From contig OY970218.1 of NCBI GenBank assembly GCA_963713975.1, forward strand, positions 2,784,001 to 2,848,000: a stretch of DNA of 64,000 bases. The letters run 5' to 3'. The notes beneath the pieces were generated by a model. That model was given only the letters and a program-made list of their open reading frames with translations. It ran no database searches and was not told the origin of the DNA. Made by a program: the position numbers and the translations under genes. Positions within the stretch are counted from its first letter, which is position 1; the number at the start of each line of letters is the position of its first letter. This DNA comes from an uncultured Chloroflexia bacterium. GTDB taxonomy: Bacteria; Chloroflexota; Limnocylindria; Limnocylindrales; CSP1-4. Positions 47,715 through 57,049 of the stretch are shown here, piece by piece.

Positions 47715-48926
47715 ATGACCCAATCGCCGATCGCCGCACGTCCTGCCGAGCCGTTCGCGGACGCCAAGGCCCGGGCCGCGGCCGCGGTGGAGGCCGCTCG
47801 GGACGAGATCCTCGCCCTGAGCCACCGGATCCACGCCAACCCGGAACCCGCATTCGAGGAGCACCAGGCCTCGGCATGGGTGGCCGAGGCCGTGGCCGCG
47901 CACGGGTTCGCGGTCGAGCGCCCGGCGGGGAGCCTGGCGACCGCGGTGCGGGGCCGGATCACGGGTGGCAAGGGCCCGGACGGGGCCCGTATCGGCATCC
48001 TGGCGGAGTACGACGCGCTCCCTGGCCTGGGTCACGGCTGCGGGCACAACACGATGGCCTCGTCCGGCGTGGGCGCCGCGATCGCCCTGGCCGCCCTGCG
48101 TGACGAGTGGGCGGGCGAGGTCGTGTTCCTGGGCACGCCCGCGGAGGAGCGGGGGAGCGGCAAGGAGATCATGCTCCGCGACGGCCTGTTCGAGGGCCTG
48201 GACGCCGCGCTGCTGTTCCACCCGAGCCACAGCAACCACGTCGAGATCGCCCCCCTCGCCTCCGAGGACGTCACGGTGATCTTCAAGGGGCTCCAGTCGC
48301 ACGCTGCCTCGGAGCCGTGGGCGGGGAAGAACGCCCTCGACGCGATGATCGCGCTGTTCGTCTCGGTGGGCCTCTGGCGCCAGCAACTGCCTCCGCACTG
48401 CCGGGTGCACGGGATCATTGCCGAGGGTGGCACCGCCGCGAACATCATCCCGGATCGCACCCGTGCGTGGTTCATGATCCGGAGCGCCGACCAGACCTTC
48501 TACGACGACGTCATGAAGCCGCGCTTCATCGAGCTGTGCAAGGCCGCCGCCCTGGCTTCGGGCGTGGAGGTCGAGGTCGAGTTCTCCGGGTACGCGAGCA
48601 CCATGAAGCACAACCGGACTCTGGCTGCCCGCTGGCTCGCCAATGCGGAGCCGTACGGGATCGTGGACGAGGGCAAGGACCTGGACGCGGGGTCCACGGA
48701 CATGGCCAACGTCTCGTGGGCCCTGCCCGCGATCCACCCTGAGCTGTCGATCACGGAGGTCCACACCGCCGGTCACACCCCGGAGTTCCGCGACGCCGCC
48801 GCCCGGCCGCTGGCAGACCGGACCGTCCTGCTCGCGGCCACCCTTGTCGCACAGACCGCGCTCGATCTGCTCCTCGATCCGACGCTGGTCGATGAGGCCT
48901 GGCGGGAGTTCCGCGGAGAGGGATAG
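47715..48926 (+). CDS. M20 family amidohydrolase (AbgB/PM20D2-like)
   Basis: IHANPEPAFEE, AEYDALPGLGHGCGHN, GTPAEE, GSTDMANVS, HTPEF. Confidence 0.9.
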   Translation: MTQSPIAARPAEPFADAKARAAAAVEAARDEILALSHRIHANPEPAFEEHQASAWVAEAVAAHGFAVERPAGSLATAVRGRITGGKGPDGARIGILAEYDALPGLGHGCGHNTMASSGVGAAIALAALRDEWAGEVVFLGTPAEERGSGKEIMLRDGLFEGLDAALLFHPSHSNHVEIAPLASEDVTVIFKGLQSHAASEPWAGKNALDAMIALFVSVGLWRQQLPPHCRVHGIIAEGGTAANIIPDRTRAWFMIRSADQTFYDDVMKPRFIELCKAAALASGVEVEVEFSGYASTMKHNRTLAARWLANAEPYGIVDEGKDLDAGSTDMANVSWALPAIHPELSITEVHTAGHTPEFRDAAARPLADRTVLLAATLVAQTALDLLLDPTLVDEAWREFRGEG

Positions 48927-49075
48927 CGGGGCGGTTCGTCCCGGCCGGACGCGCTACCATGCCGCCCTGCGCGCCCCGCCGGGCGGCGGACCCAAACCGG
49001 CGGCGCCCACGCTCACGGCGGAGCAACGACCAGGACCCGGCAGCGGGACCGGCGAGCCGCCACGGAGGTTCACCA

Positions 49076-50137
49076 GTGGCCGAGCGTCCCAACGACCCGG
49101 GCGGCCCCGACTTCGCGGCGCGCAACGGCTGGGATCAACCGTACGAGGCGTTCAGCGAGTTCGACCTGCCCACCTACGTCGGCCTGCCGACGTTCATGAA
49201 GCTTCCCTGGGTTCCCGACCCGGCCGACATCCGGGCCCGCAAGGCCGACGTGGCGATCATCGGCGCTCCCTTCGACGACGCCGTCAGCCATCGCCCCGGT
49301 GCCCGGTTCGGGCCACGCGCGATCCGCGAGGCGCAGTACACGACGGGTTCCATCCACTCGCTCCAATTGGGCGTCGAGCCGTTCGAGGTCCTCACGGTGG
49401 TGGACGCCGGCGACGCCAACATCATCCCGGCCTGGATCGAGCGCGCCCATACCTTCATCTACCGCAAGGTCCACGAGGTGGCGGCGACCGGCGCGATCCC
49501 GATCGTCCTCGGGGGTGACCACTCCATAACGTGGCCCTCGGCAACGGCCGTCGCGGAGGTCCGCAGGCCGGGCAGCATCGGCATCGTCCACTTCGACGCC
49601 CACGCGGACACCGCAGACGAGGACTGGGGCGTGCTGGCCGGGCACGGGACACCGATGCGCCGCCTGATCGAGTCGGGCGCGGTCAAGGGGCGCAACTTCG
49701 TGCAGGTCGGGCTGCGCGGCTACTGGCCCCCGGTCGAGACGTTTGAGTGGATGCGCGAGCACGAGCTCCGGTGGCACCTGATGCGCGAGGTCGAGGAACG
49801 TGGCGCAGAGGCCGTCATCGACGACGCGATCGCCGAGGCGCTCGACGGGCCCGATGCGATCTATATCTCCGTAGACATCGACGTCATCGATCCCGGGATG
49901 GCACCGGGTACCGGCACGCCCGAGCCCGGTGGCTTCCTGCCGCGTGAGCTGCTGCGGGCCGTCCGTCGGGTCGCGGGAGCCGTCGAGATCGCGGGCATGG
50001 ACATCGTGGAGGTGTCACCGCCGTACGACCATGCGGAGGTGACGGCGATGGCCGCCAACCGCGTGGCTCTGGAGGCCATCTCCGCGCTGGCGGCGAAGCG
50101 CCTGGCGGGACATCCGGTCCGCTTCGAGCGGCCGTGA
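49076..50137 (+). CDS. speB: Agmatinase/ureohydrolase family protein
   Basis: GARFGPRAIR, GGDHSIT, HFDAHAD, HGTPM, SVDIDVIDP, APGTGTPEPGG, EVSPPYD; GGAGG before GTG 49076. Exact substrate is uncertain. Confidence 0.85.
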   Translation: MAERPNDPGGPDFAARNGWDQPYEAFSEFDLPTYVGLPTFMKLPWVPDPADIRARKADVAIIGAPFDDAVSHRPGARFGPRAIREAQYTTGSIHSLQLGVEPFEVLTVVDAGDANIIPAWIERAHTFIYRKVHEVAATGAIPIVLGGDHSITWPSATAVAEVRRPGSIGIVHFDAHADTADEDWGVLAGHGTPMRRLIESGAVKGRNFVQVGLRGYWPPVETFEWMREHELRWHLMREVEERGAEAVIDDAIAEALDGPDAIYISVDIDVIDPGMAPGTGTPEPGGFLPRELLRAVRRVAGAVEIAGMDIVEVSPPYDHAEVTAMAANRVALEAISALAAKRLAGHPVRFERP

Positions 50138-50922
50138 GCGGCGCCGGCGAGACGGTCTCGGCGGCACTTGCCCGCCTCTACGACCTGGACCTGTCCGAGG
50201 ACCCGGGGGACCTGGACCTCCTCCTGGCGCTGGCCGCCCGGTCCGGCGGGCCGGTGCTGGAGCTGGCCGTGGGGTCCGGTCGGCTGGCGGTGCCACTGGC
50301 GGCGGCCGGCCACGAGGTCACCGGCGTGGACCTGGACCAGTCGATGCTGGCCAGGGCCGCCGGGCGGGCCGATGCCGCCGGGCCCGAAGTCGCACGACGG
50401 CTGCGGCTGGTCCACGGCGACGCGCGCACCATCCGCCTGAACGACGCGGGTGCGTACGGGCTCGCCTGCATCCCGCTCAACTCGATCTTCCTGATGGGGA
50501 CCCGCGCGGACCAGGCCGCGGCCGTGGCCACCCTGGCGGCGCACCTCGCGCCCGGCGGCATCGCGCTCGTCGATGCCTGGCTGCCCGACGCGGAGGACCT
50601 GGCCCGGTACGACGGCCGCCTGGTGCTGGAGTGGGTGCGCGGTGACCCGGACAGCGGCAGGACGGTGACCAAGTCCTGCAGCGCGCTGTACGACGCGACG
50701 ACCGCGTCGGTCGCTCTCACGACGCTGTTCGAGGAAGGCGACCCCGGCCAGCCACCGGTCCGGTGGGTGCGGGTGGACCGCCTCCGGCTCGTGGGCCCGG
50801 ACGAGCTCGCGGCCTTCGCCGAGGCGGCCGGCCTGTCGGTCGAGACCCTGGCGGGCGACTACGAGCTGGGTGGCCTGGAGGCCGGTGCGGACCGGGTCGT
50901 GATGGTCGCGCGAAAGGCCTGA
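50134..50922 (+). CDS. Class I SAM-dependent methyltransferase
   Basis: VLELAVGSGRL, VTGVDLDQSML, HGDAR, HLAPGG; GTGA overlap with the agmatinase. Confidence 0.88.
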   Translation: MSGAGETVSAALARLYDLDLSEDPGDLDLLLALAARSGGPVLELAVGSGRLAVPLAAAGHEVTGVDLDQSMLARAAGRADAAGPEVARRLRLVHGDARTIRLNDAGAYGLACIPLNSIFLMGTRADQAAAVATLAAHLAPGGIALVDAWLPDAEDLARYDGRLVLEWVRGDPDSGRTVTKSCSALYDATTASVALTTLFEEGDPGQPPVRWVRVDRLRLVGPDELAAFAEAAGLSVETLAGDYELGGLEAGADRVVMVARKA

Positions 50923-51014
50923 CCCCGGGACCCGCCAGGACCCCCTCGTCTGCGCGGCATTGGGACCATCGGCACGTGGGTTCACCGGGGGTGCTGCGTG
51001 GTAGAGTCGGCCCG

Positions 51015-52151
51015 ATGGCTGACCAGATCCGCCTCCTCGTCGTCGAGGACGTCCCCCAGGTTGCCCAGTACATCCGCGGGCTGCTCAACTCGCAGTCCAC
51101 GATCAAGCTGCTGGACGTCGTCAGCGACGGCAACCAGGTGCTGGGCCTGATTTCGGAGCTGCGGCCCGACGTCGTGCTCGTGGACGCGCTCCTCCAGGGC
51201 CGCGTGAAGGGCATGTCCGTCGTGGACAAGATCCACCAGTCCGGCCAGCCCGTCCCCGTGATCGTGCTCACCGTTCCCCAGAAGCCCATCGTTGCTGACC
51301 CCGCGAGCGGCGTGCACGGCGTGCTGGCAATGCCGTTCACGGGCTATGAGCTGGTCACGCGCCTCCAGCAGGTCAACCAGGCGTCACAGGCGACGGAGGG
51401 CGGTCACCTGGCGCGGATGATCACGATCTTCGCCCCCAAGGGCGGGGTGGGCAAGACGACCCTGGCCTTCAACCTCGCCGTCGCCATCGGCCAGGCGGGC
51501 GCGCGGACGGTGCTCATCGACGGCAGCCTGCAGTTCGGCGACATGCGGGCCCTGCTCAAGGTGCCGCTCGAGGCCCCCTCGCTGCTGGACCTGCCCACGG
51601 ACCGCATCGCGGAGTCGGATCTCGCCGATGTCCTGTGGCGGGACCCGTCCGGGATCGACATCCTGCTGGCACCGCCGCGGGTCGAGATGGCCGAGATGGT
51701 CACCGTCCGGGACGTCGAGAAGACCCTGTCCCTGCTGCGTCGCGTCTACGAGGTCGTCATCGTCGACACGCCGGCGGTGGTCAGTGACACCAACCTCGCG
51801 TTCCTCGACGCCTCGGACACGATCCTCGAGATCGTCACCTACGACTCCACGGCCATCCACAGCACGATGGTGATGGCCGACGCGTTCCGCATGATCGGCT
51901 ACGCCCCGACCAAGGTCCACTACCTGGTCAACCGCGCGGACTCCACCGGAGGGCTGGACCCCGAGGTCCTGTCCCGCGCCCTCGGGCGTGTCCCGGAGCA
52001 CCGGGTGAGCTCCGGCGGCGCCCTGGTGGTCCGGGCCAACAACGAGGGCATCCCGTTCGTGCTGGCGGACCCCAGCGCGGAGATCAGCCAGGACATCGTC
52101 CGGACGGCAGCGGAGCTCGTGCGCCGGCCCGCCCCGGTGGCGGCGCGGTAG
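51015..52151 (+). CDS. Receiver domain plus MinD/ParA-like ATPase (CpaE/TadZ-like)
   Basis: REC LLVVED...VLVD; PKGGVGKTT, LQFGD, VIVDT, VNR, ANNEGIPF. ATG 51015 lies 7 nt after TAGAGT. Confidence 0.85.
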   Translation: MADQIRLLVVEDVPQVAQYIRGLLNSQSTIKLLDVVSDGNQVLGLISELRPDVVLVDALLQGRVKGMSVVDKIHQSGQPVPVIVLTVPQKPIVADPASGVHGVLAMPFTGYELVTRLQQVNQASQATEGGHLARMITIFAPKGGVGKTTLAFNLAVAIGQAGARTVLIDGSLQFGDMRALLKVPLEAPSLLDLPTDRIAESDLADVLWRDPSGIDILLAPPRVEMAEMVTVRDVEKTLSLLRRVYEVVIVDTPAVVSDTNLAFLDASDTILEIVTYDSTAIHSTMVMADAFRMIGYAPTKVHYLVNRADSTGGLDPEVLSRALGRVPEHRVSSGGALVVRANNEGIPFVLADPSAEISQDIVRTAAELVRRPAPVAAR

Positions 52152-52160
52152 CAGCCGGGC

Positions 52161-53081
52161 GTGTCTGACCCGCGACCCATCGGCGTCTTCGATTCCGGCG
52201 TCGGCGGCCTCACCGTCCTGCGCGAGATCCTGCGCCGATCCCCGCATGAGTCCACCATCTACCTGGGCGACAACGCCCGCGCCCCGTACGGGACCCGTTC
52301 CGACGACGAGGTGCGCCGGTTCTCGATGGAGGCGCTCGACGAGCTGGCCGGACGCGACGTCAAGGTGCTCGTGGTGGCCTGCAACACGTCGACGGCCGTG
52401 GCCCTCCGTGATCTTCGAGCCCGCTACGACCTGCCGGTGCTGGGAGTCCTGCGTCCGGGTGCCGCCGCGGCCGCCCTGGCTACGCGCAACCGGCGTGTCG
52501 GCGTGATCGCCACACCCGCCACGGTCCGCTCGCACGCGTACTTCGACGCCATCAAGGACGAGAACCCGGCCGTCGAGGTCTACGAGCACGCCACGCCTCG
52601 GTTCGTGCCACTGGTCGAGGCGGGAATCCTTGCCGGCGACGAGCTCGAGGCCATCGTCGAGGAGGACCTGGCGCCGCTGCTGGGCGAGCGCGACGGTGCC
52701 GGCGAGTTCGTGTTCCCGCGGCCGCCGTCGGCCAAGATCGACACGCTGCTCCTGGGCTGCACCCATTACCCACTGCTGCGGCCGATCCTCGCCCGGGTCG
52801 TGGGCGACCGGGTGGCGATCGTCGATTCGGCGACGGCGACCGCGGCGACGCTGGCGGAGCTGCTGTCGGTGAACGGCCTCGAGGCGCCGGGAACGACGCG
52901 TGGCACCGCGGCGGATCCCGGGGCGGCCGGGCACTCCCGCCCGGCCGAGCGCTACGACACCCCGCCCGTCCATGTCCAGATCACGACGGGCGACGTCGGG
53001 CGCTTCGCCGCCGTGGCGTCGCGGATGTTCGGGGATGCGTTTCCGGACGTGACGTCGGTGGAGCTGGGAATCGCCGGCTGA
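52161..53081 (+). CDS. murI: Glutamate racemase
   Basis: IGVFDSGVGGLTV, PYG, VACNTS, LLGCTHYP. Confidence 0.96.
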   Translation: MSDPRPIGVFDSGVGGLTVLREILRRSPHESTIYLGDNARAPYGTRSDDEVRRFSMEALDELAGRDVKVLVVACNTSTAVALRDLRARYDLPVLGVLRPGAAAAALATRNRRVGVIATPATVRSHAYFDAIKDENPAVEVYEHATPRFVPLVEAGILAGDELEAIVEEDLAPLLGERDGAGEFVFPRPPSAKIDTLLLGCTHYPLLRPILARVVGDRVAIVDSATATAATLAELLSVNGLEAPGTTRGTAADPGAAGHSRPAERYDTPPVHVQITTGDVGRFAAVASRMFGDAFPDVTSVELGIAG

Positions 53082-54319
53082 TGCCCCCGGGCGAACGTCC
53101 CGCGGACGCCGGCGCCAGGCGGGTCTCCGACGAGCGCCTGTGGCAGGCAGGGTTCCTGGTCGGTTCCGTGCTGGGTGCCGCGGTGACCATCGCCGGACGC
53201 CGGATCGAGCGCGGTGCGCGCGAGGCGGGCCTGGTCGACTGGCGCCGGGTCGAGGAGATTGCCACGCGACGTCTGCAGCGTGCCCCTGGGGCGCTCACCG
53301 CGCAGGAGCTGCGGGCGACCGAGGTTGACTACGCGGCGACGATGGCGCGCGTCACGCCGGCACTCGCCAGGCACCTGGGCACGGATCTGCCCGGCGTCGT
53401 GGAGCGCGTGGACGTGGTGGACCGGGGTGCCTGGGTCCGAGCGAACACGTCGGCCTTCGCGGCGCTCGTCGGCAGGCTGGAGACCGGGCTCCTGGAGCAG
53501 ATGCTGCCGCCGGGGAGTGGCGTGACCAAGGCCACGATGACCCTCGCCAACCGGTGGGTCACGACGCGCCAGCTGGGGCTCCTCCTGGGGTTCATGGGCC
53601 AGCGGGTGCTCGGTCAGTACGACCTGGCCCTGCTGTCCACTGAGACCACGCCGGGCCGCCTGCTGTTCGTCGAGGAGAACATCCGCAACACGGCGCGCGT
53701 CATGGGGGTGCCGCTGGCGCCGTTCCGGACCTGGATCGCCCTGCACGAGACCACCCATGCCTTCGAGTTCGAGGCGCATCCATGGCTTCGGCCGTACCTG
53801 GCCGGGCACCTCGAGCGACAGATCGCGCTGTTCGGCGGTGACACCGGATCGCTGGGGCGGGAGACGGCCAAGGCCCTGGGGGCATCGCTCCGGGGCCGGG
53901 GCCGCGACGACGACCAGCACTGGCTGGAGCGCCTCATGTCCGATGAGCAACGGCGGCTGTTCCGCGAGACCCAGGCGGTGATGAGCCTCCTGGAGGGGTT
54001 CTGCGACCATGTCATGGACCAGGTCGGCAAGGACCTGGTCCCGGGCGTGGAACAGATCTCCGCCCGGTTCCACGGCCGCCGCGAGCAACGCACCCCCTTC
54101 GAGCGGGCCATGATGCGGATCACCGGCATGGACCTCAAGATGGACCAGTACCGTAAGGGGGAGGCGTTCGTCGCCGGCATCGAGCGCCTCGCCGGGGCCG
54201 CCGCACTGCGACAGCTCTGGGCAGGCCCCGAGACGTTGCCGACGGCGGACGAGATCGAACGACCGGACGCTTGGGTCCGGCGGATGGGGCTCTCGCAGCC
54301 CGAAGGAGGCACCGCGTGA
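53081..54319 (+). CDS. Zinc-dependent metalloprotease (Zincin_2 family)
   Basis: VLGQYD, WIALHETTH, MSLLEG...VMD, KMDQYRKG, PETLPT...P-x-x-W. Confidence 0.88.
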   Translation: MPPGERPADAGARRVSDERLWQAGFLVGSVLGAAVTIAGRRIERGAREAGLVDWRRVEEIATRRLQRAPGALTAQELRATEVDYAATMARVTPALARHLGTDLPGVVERVDVVDRGAWVRANTSAFAALVGRLETGLLEQMLPPGSGVTKATMTLANRWVTTRQLGLLLGFMGQRVLGQYDLALLSTETTPGRLLFVEENIRNTARVMGVPLAPFRTWIALHETTHAFEFEAHPWLRPYLAGHLERQIALFGGDTGSLGRETAKALGASLRGRGRDDDQHWLERLMSDEQRRLFRETQAVMSLLEGFCDHVMDQVGKDLVPGVEQISARFHGRREQRTPFERAMMRITGMDLKMDQYRKGEAFVAGIERLAGAAALRQLWAGPETLPTADEIERPDAWVRRMGLSQPEGGTA

Positions 54320-55380
54320 CCCAGGGCCCCTCGCACATACCCGGACCGGGATCCGGCCCCGGCGGGGTGCCCGCGGCGATCGCGCTGACGCCGATCCTGG
54401 CCGCCCGGTACCGGGCGCGGGATCTCGCGGCGATCCAGGCGGCGGCGCCCGGTGCCCGGATCGTGAGCATCGGCTTCGATGGACACCCGGACGGCCCGCT
54501 CGACGACGTGGAGGTCATGCTTCGCGGCCGCTTTCCTGCGGACCTGTTCGACCGGATCCTGGCCCGGGCGCCCGATCTGCGCTGGGTCCACTCCGCCACG
54601 GCGGGCGTGGAGCGGGTCCTGACCCCGTCCAGCCGCGCCCGCGGCCTGGTGATCACGAACGCGCGCGGCGTCTTCTCGCGGCCGATCGCGGAGTATGTGG
54701 TGCTGATGATGCTGGCGGTGTCGCGCCGGTTGCCGTCGCTCCTTGAGCTCCAGGCCGAGCGGACCTGGCAGCCGCTCGAGTCGCGCGAGCTGCGGGACGT
54801 CACCGTGGGGATCGTGGGCCTGGGGTCGATCGGGCGAGCGGTCGGTGCGCTGGCGACCGCGTTCGGGTGTCGCGTGATCGCCACGCGACGGCGCCCCGAG
54901 GCGGGTTCCCATGGCCTGGACGGGCCCGGCGACGAGCCCTATCTCGGCTCCGTGATGCTGGATCGGGTCCTCGCTCCGGAACAGCTGCCGGAGCTCCTGG
55001 CCGAGAGCGACTTCGTCGTGCTGGCGGCACCGCTCACCGAGGACACGCACGGGTTGATCGGCGAGGAGGCCATCGGCTGGCTCAAGCCCGGGGCGTGGGT
55101 GATCAATGTCGCCCGCGGCGAGCTGATCGACGAGCGGGCGCTTGCCCGGGCGCTCGGGGACGGGCGACTCGGAGGCGCCGTCCTGGACACGTTCCGCGAG
55201 GAGCCCCTGCCGCCGACGTCGCCCCTGTACGACCTGCCGAACGTGATCCTGACGCCGCACACGTCGTGGTCGTCCACGCGGGTGCTGGATCGTTCCGTGG
55301 ACCTGTTCTGCGACAACCTCCGGCGCTACGCGGAGGGCCGGCCGCTGGTCAACGTCGTGGACCCGGACGCAGGGTACTGA
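54316..55380 (+). CDS. D-2-hydroxyacid dehydrogenase
   Basis: AGVE, GIVGLGSIG, NVARG, LDTFREEPLP, TPHTS; AAGGAGG ribosome-binding site and GTGA overlap. Confidence 0.9.
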   Translation: MTQGPSHIPGPGSGPGGVPAAIALTPILAARYRARDLAAIQAAAPGARIVSIGFDGHPDGPLDDVEVMLRGRFPADLFDRILARAPDLRWVHSATAGVERVLTPSSRARGLVITNARGVFSRPIAEYVVLMMLAVSRRLPSLLELQAERTWQPLESRELRDVTVGIVGLGSIGRAVGALATAFGCRVIATRRRPEAGSHGLDGPGDEPYLGSVMLDRVLAPEQLPELLAESDFVVLAAPLTEDTHGLIGEEAIGWLKPGAWVINVARGELIDERALARALGDGRLGGAVLDTFREEPLPPTSPLYDLPNVILTPHTSWSSTRVLDRSVDLFCDNLRRYAEGRPLVNVVDPDAGY

Positions 55381-55479
55381 GCCCGGGGGTCGGGGGCTCA
55401 GGGGCGCTCTCCACCAGCGTGGACGCCCGCCGAGGCCCCCGCCGTCCCACGAGGAGCCGCCCGCCGGTAGCATCAGGCC

Positions 55480-56583
55480 ATGCAGATTGCCATCGTCGGT
55501 CTCGCCGGATGCGGCAAGACAACCGTCTTCAACACCCTCACCCGCGGGCACGCCGAGACCGGCGGGTACGGCGGGCTCCAGCTCAACGTGGGGGTCGTCA
55601 AGGTGCCCGACGATCGCCTGGACAAGCTGGCCGCCGTCTTCGAGCCGAAGAGGATCGTCCACGCCGACGTGACCTATGTGGACCTGCCGGCCCCTCCGGC
55701 GTCCCGCGAGGGCCACGTGGGGACGGACGAGCTCCCCGCCGAGCATCTCGCCCGGCTGCGCGATGCCGACGCCATGATCCACGTCGTCCGGGCCTGGGAC
55801 AGCGCCGCGCATCCCCACCTTTCGGGCTCCGTCGACCCGATGCGGGACCTCGAGAACCTGGATCTCGAGTTCATCCTCGCGGACCTGGCCATGATCGAAC
55901 GGCGGCTGGAGCGGCTCCAGGGAAGCGGGCGGCACGGGACGCCGGCAGAGCGTGAGGCCAACGAGCACGAGGGGGCCATCCTCGCCCGTCTGCGGCCGGC
56001 GCTCGAGGCCGGTCGGCCGATCCGCGACGAGGCACTCGACCCGGACGAGGAGAAGGCCCTGCGGGGCTTCCGCTTCCTCACCCAGAAGCCCGTGCTCGTC
56101 CTGCTCAACGTCGGCGAGGGCGAGCTGGCCCAGGCACCCACGCTGATCGAGACGGTCCGCGCCGGCTACGACCACCGCCGCGCGATGGTGGACGCCCTGT
56201 CGGCCAGGATCGAGATGGAGCTTGGCGAGCTCGAACCCGACGAGGCGGCCGTGTTCATGGAGGAGCTCGGGCTGGCCGAATCCGCCCTGGACCGCGTGAT
56301 CGGTCTCTCGTACCGGCTGGTCGGGCTCATCTCGTTCCTCACCGCGGGGCCGGATGAGGTCCGTGCATGGCCGATCCCGGAGGGATCGAATGCCGTGGAT
56401 GCTGCGGGTGTCATCCACACGGACCTGGCGCGGGGCTTCATCAGGGCCGAGACGATCGCGTACGAGGAGCTCCTGGCCATGGGCTCCATGGCGGAGGCCC
56501 GCAAGCACGGCAAGGTCCGCTCCGAGGGCAAGACGTACCAGGTGCGGGACGGCGACGTGATCGAGGTCCTGTTCAGCCGGTAG
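55480..56583 (+). CDS. ychF: YchF/OLA1-family ATPase with divergent G-motifs
   Basis: VKVPDDRL, ELEFILADL-type motif (DLEFILADL), FLTQKP, SFLTAGPDEVRAW, AAGVIHTD...GFIRAE, EGKTYQVRDGD. Confidence 0.88.
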   Translation: MQIAIVGLAGCGKTTVFNTLTRGHAETGGYGGLQLNVGVVKVPDDRLDKLAAVFEPKRIVHADVTYVDLPAPPASREGHVGTDELPAEHLARLRDADAMIHVVRAWDSAAHPHLSGSVDPMRDLENLDLEFILADLAMIERRLERLQGSGRHGTPAEREANEHEGAILARLRPALEAGRPIRDEALDPDEEKALRGFRFLTQKPVLVLLNVGEGELAQAPTLIETVRAGYDHRRAMVDALSARIEMELGELEPDEAAVFMEELGLAESALDRVIGLSYRLVGLISFLTAGPDEVRAWPIPEGSNAVDAAGVIHTDLARGFIRAETIAYEELLAMGSMAEARKHGKVRSEGKTYQVRDGDVIEVLFSR

Positions 56584-56601
56584 GCATCACCGGCGGCTCG
56601 G

Positions 56602-56946
56602 TCAGTTGGGGCGGCCCTCGTCGAGCTGGAGGTCCGCAAGGATCCCGGCGTAGTCGACGTCTTCGCCGCTGTCGTCGAGGTCCGCGAGGAAGTTCTCGTC
56701 CTCCTCTTTGGACACGTTGACGGCGGCCGTCAGCCGGTCATCGGAGACGGCGATGAAGCCGTAGTCCCGCTCCAGCTCCTCGGCGATCGCCTCCACGAGG
56801 GTGGCCTGGTCGAAGGTGTCCACAACGCGCCGCCGGATGGACTGGACGATGTCGAAGAAGTCCTCCGCGTCCATCTCCTCCTCGCGGGCGAGAAGGAGAT
56901 CCGCGAAGACGTCATCATCGCCCTCGTGCAGCTCGTAGAAGTGCAT
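56602..56946 (-). CDS. Small very acidic hypothetical protein
   Basis: GAGG upstream of ATG 56946, minus-strand TATACT at about 57012-57017; 35 D/E in 114 aa; good GC3 bias. Confidence 0.72.
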   Translation of the reverse strand: MHFYELHEGDDDVFADLLLAREEEMDAEDFFDIVQSIRRRVVDTFDQATLVEAIAEELERDYGFIAVSDDRLTAAVNVSKEEDENFLADLDDSGEDVDYAGILADLQLDEGRPN

Positions 56947-57049
56947 GATTATGGACCTCGGTCGAAGGCGGCCGGGCAGTGCCGCCGGCGCTCGTTGTGC
57001 GTGGAGCGGTAAGTATAGACGGGCCCCTAGGGAGCCCGGCGGAGGACCG

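Noticed and set aside
48961-49075. Guanidine riboswitch in the agmatinase leader
   Set aside because: I could not find the twin ACGR-loop hairpins of class II or the conserved class I/III motifs by eye; an Infernal search would be needed.
55378-55445. GC-rich hairpins upstream of ychF as an ncRNA or REP element
   Set aside because: I noticed no second copy in the window and no family motif; they are compatible with a terminator-like structure or chance pairing at high GC.
53614-56508. 964-aa antisense ORF, and similar ones opposite tig, valS, serA and the helicase
   Set aside because: These are shadow ORFs caused by high GC3 codon bias on the coding strand, with no recognisable motifs.
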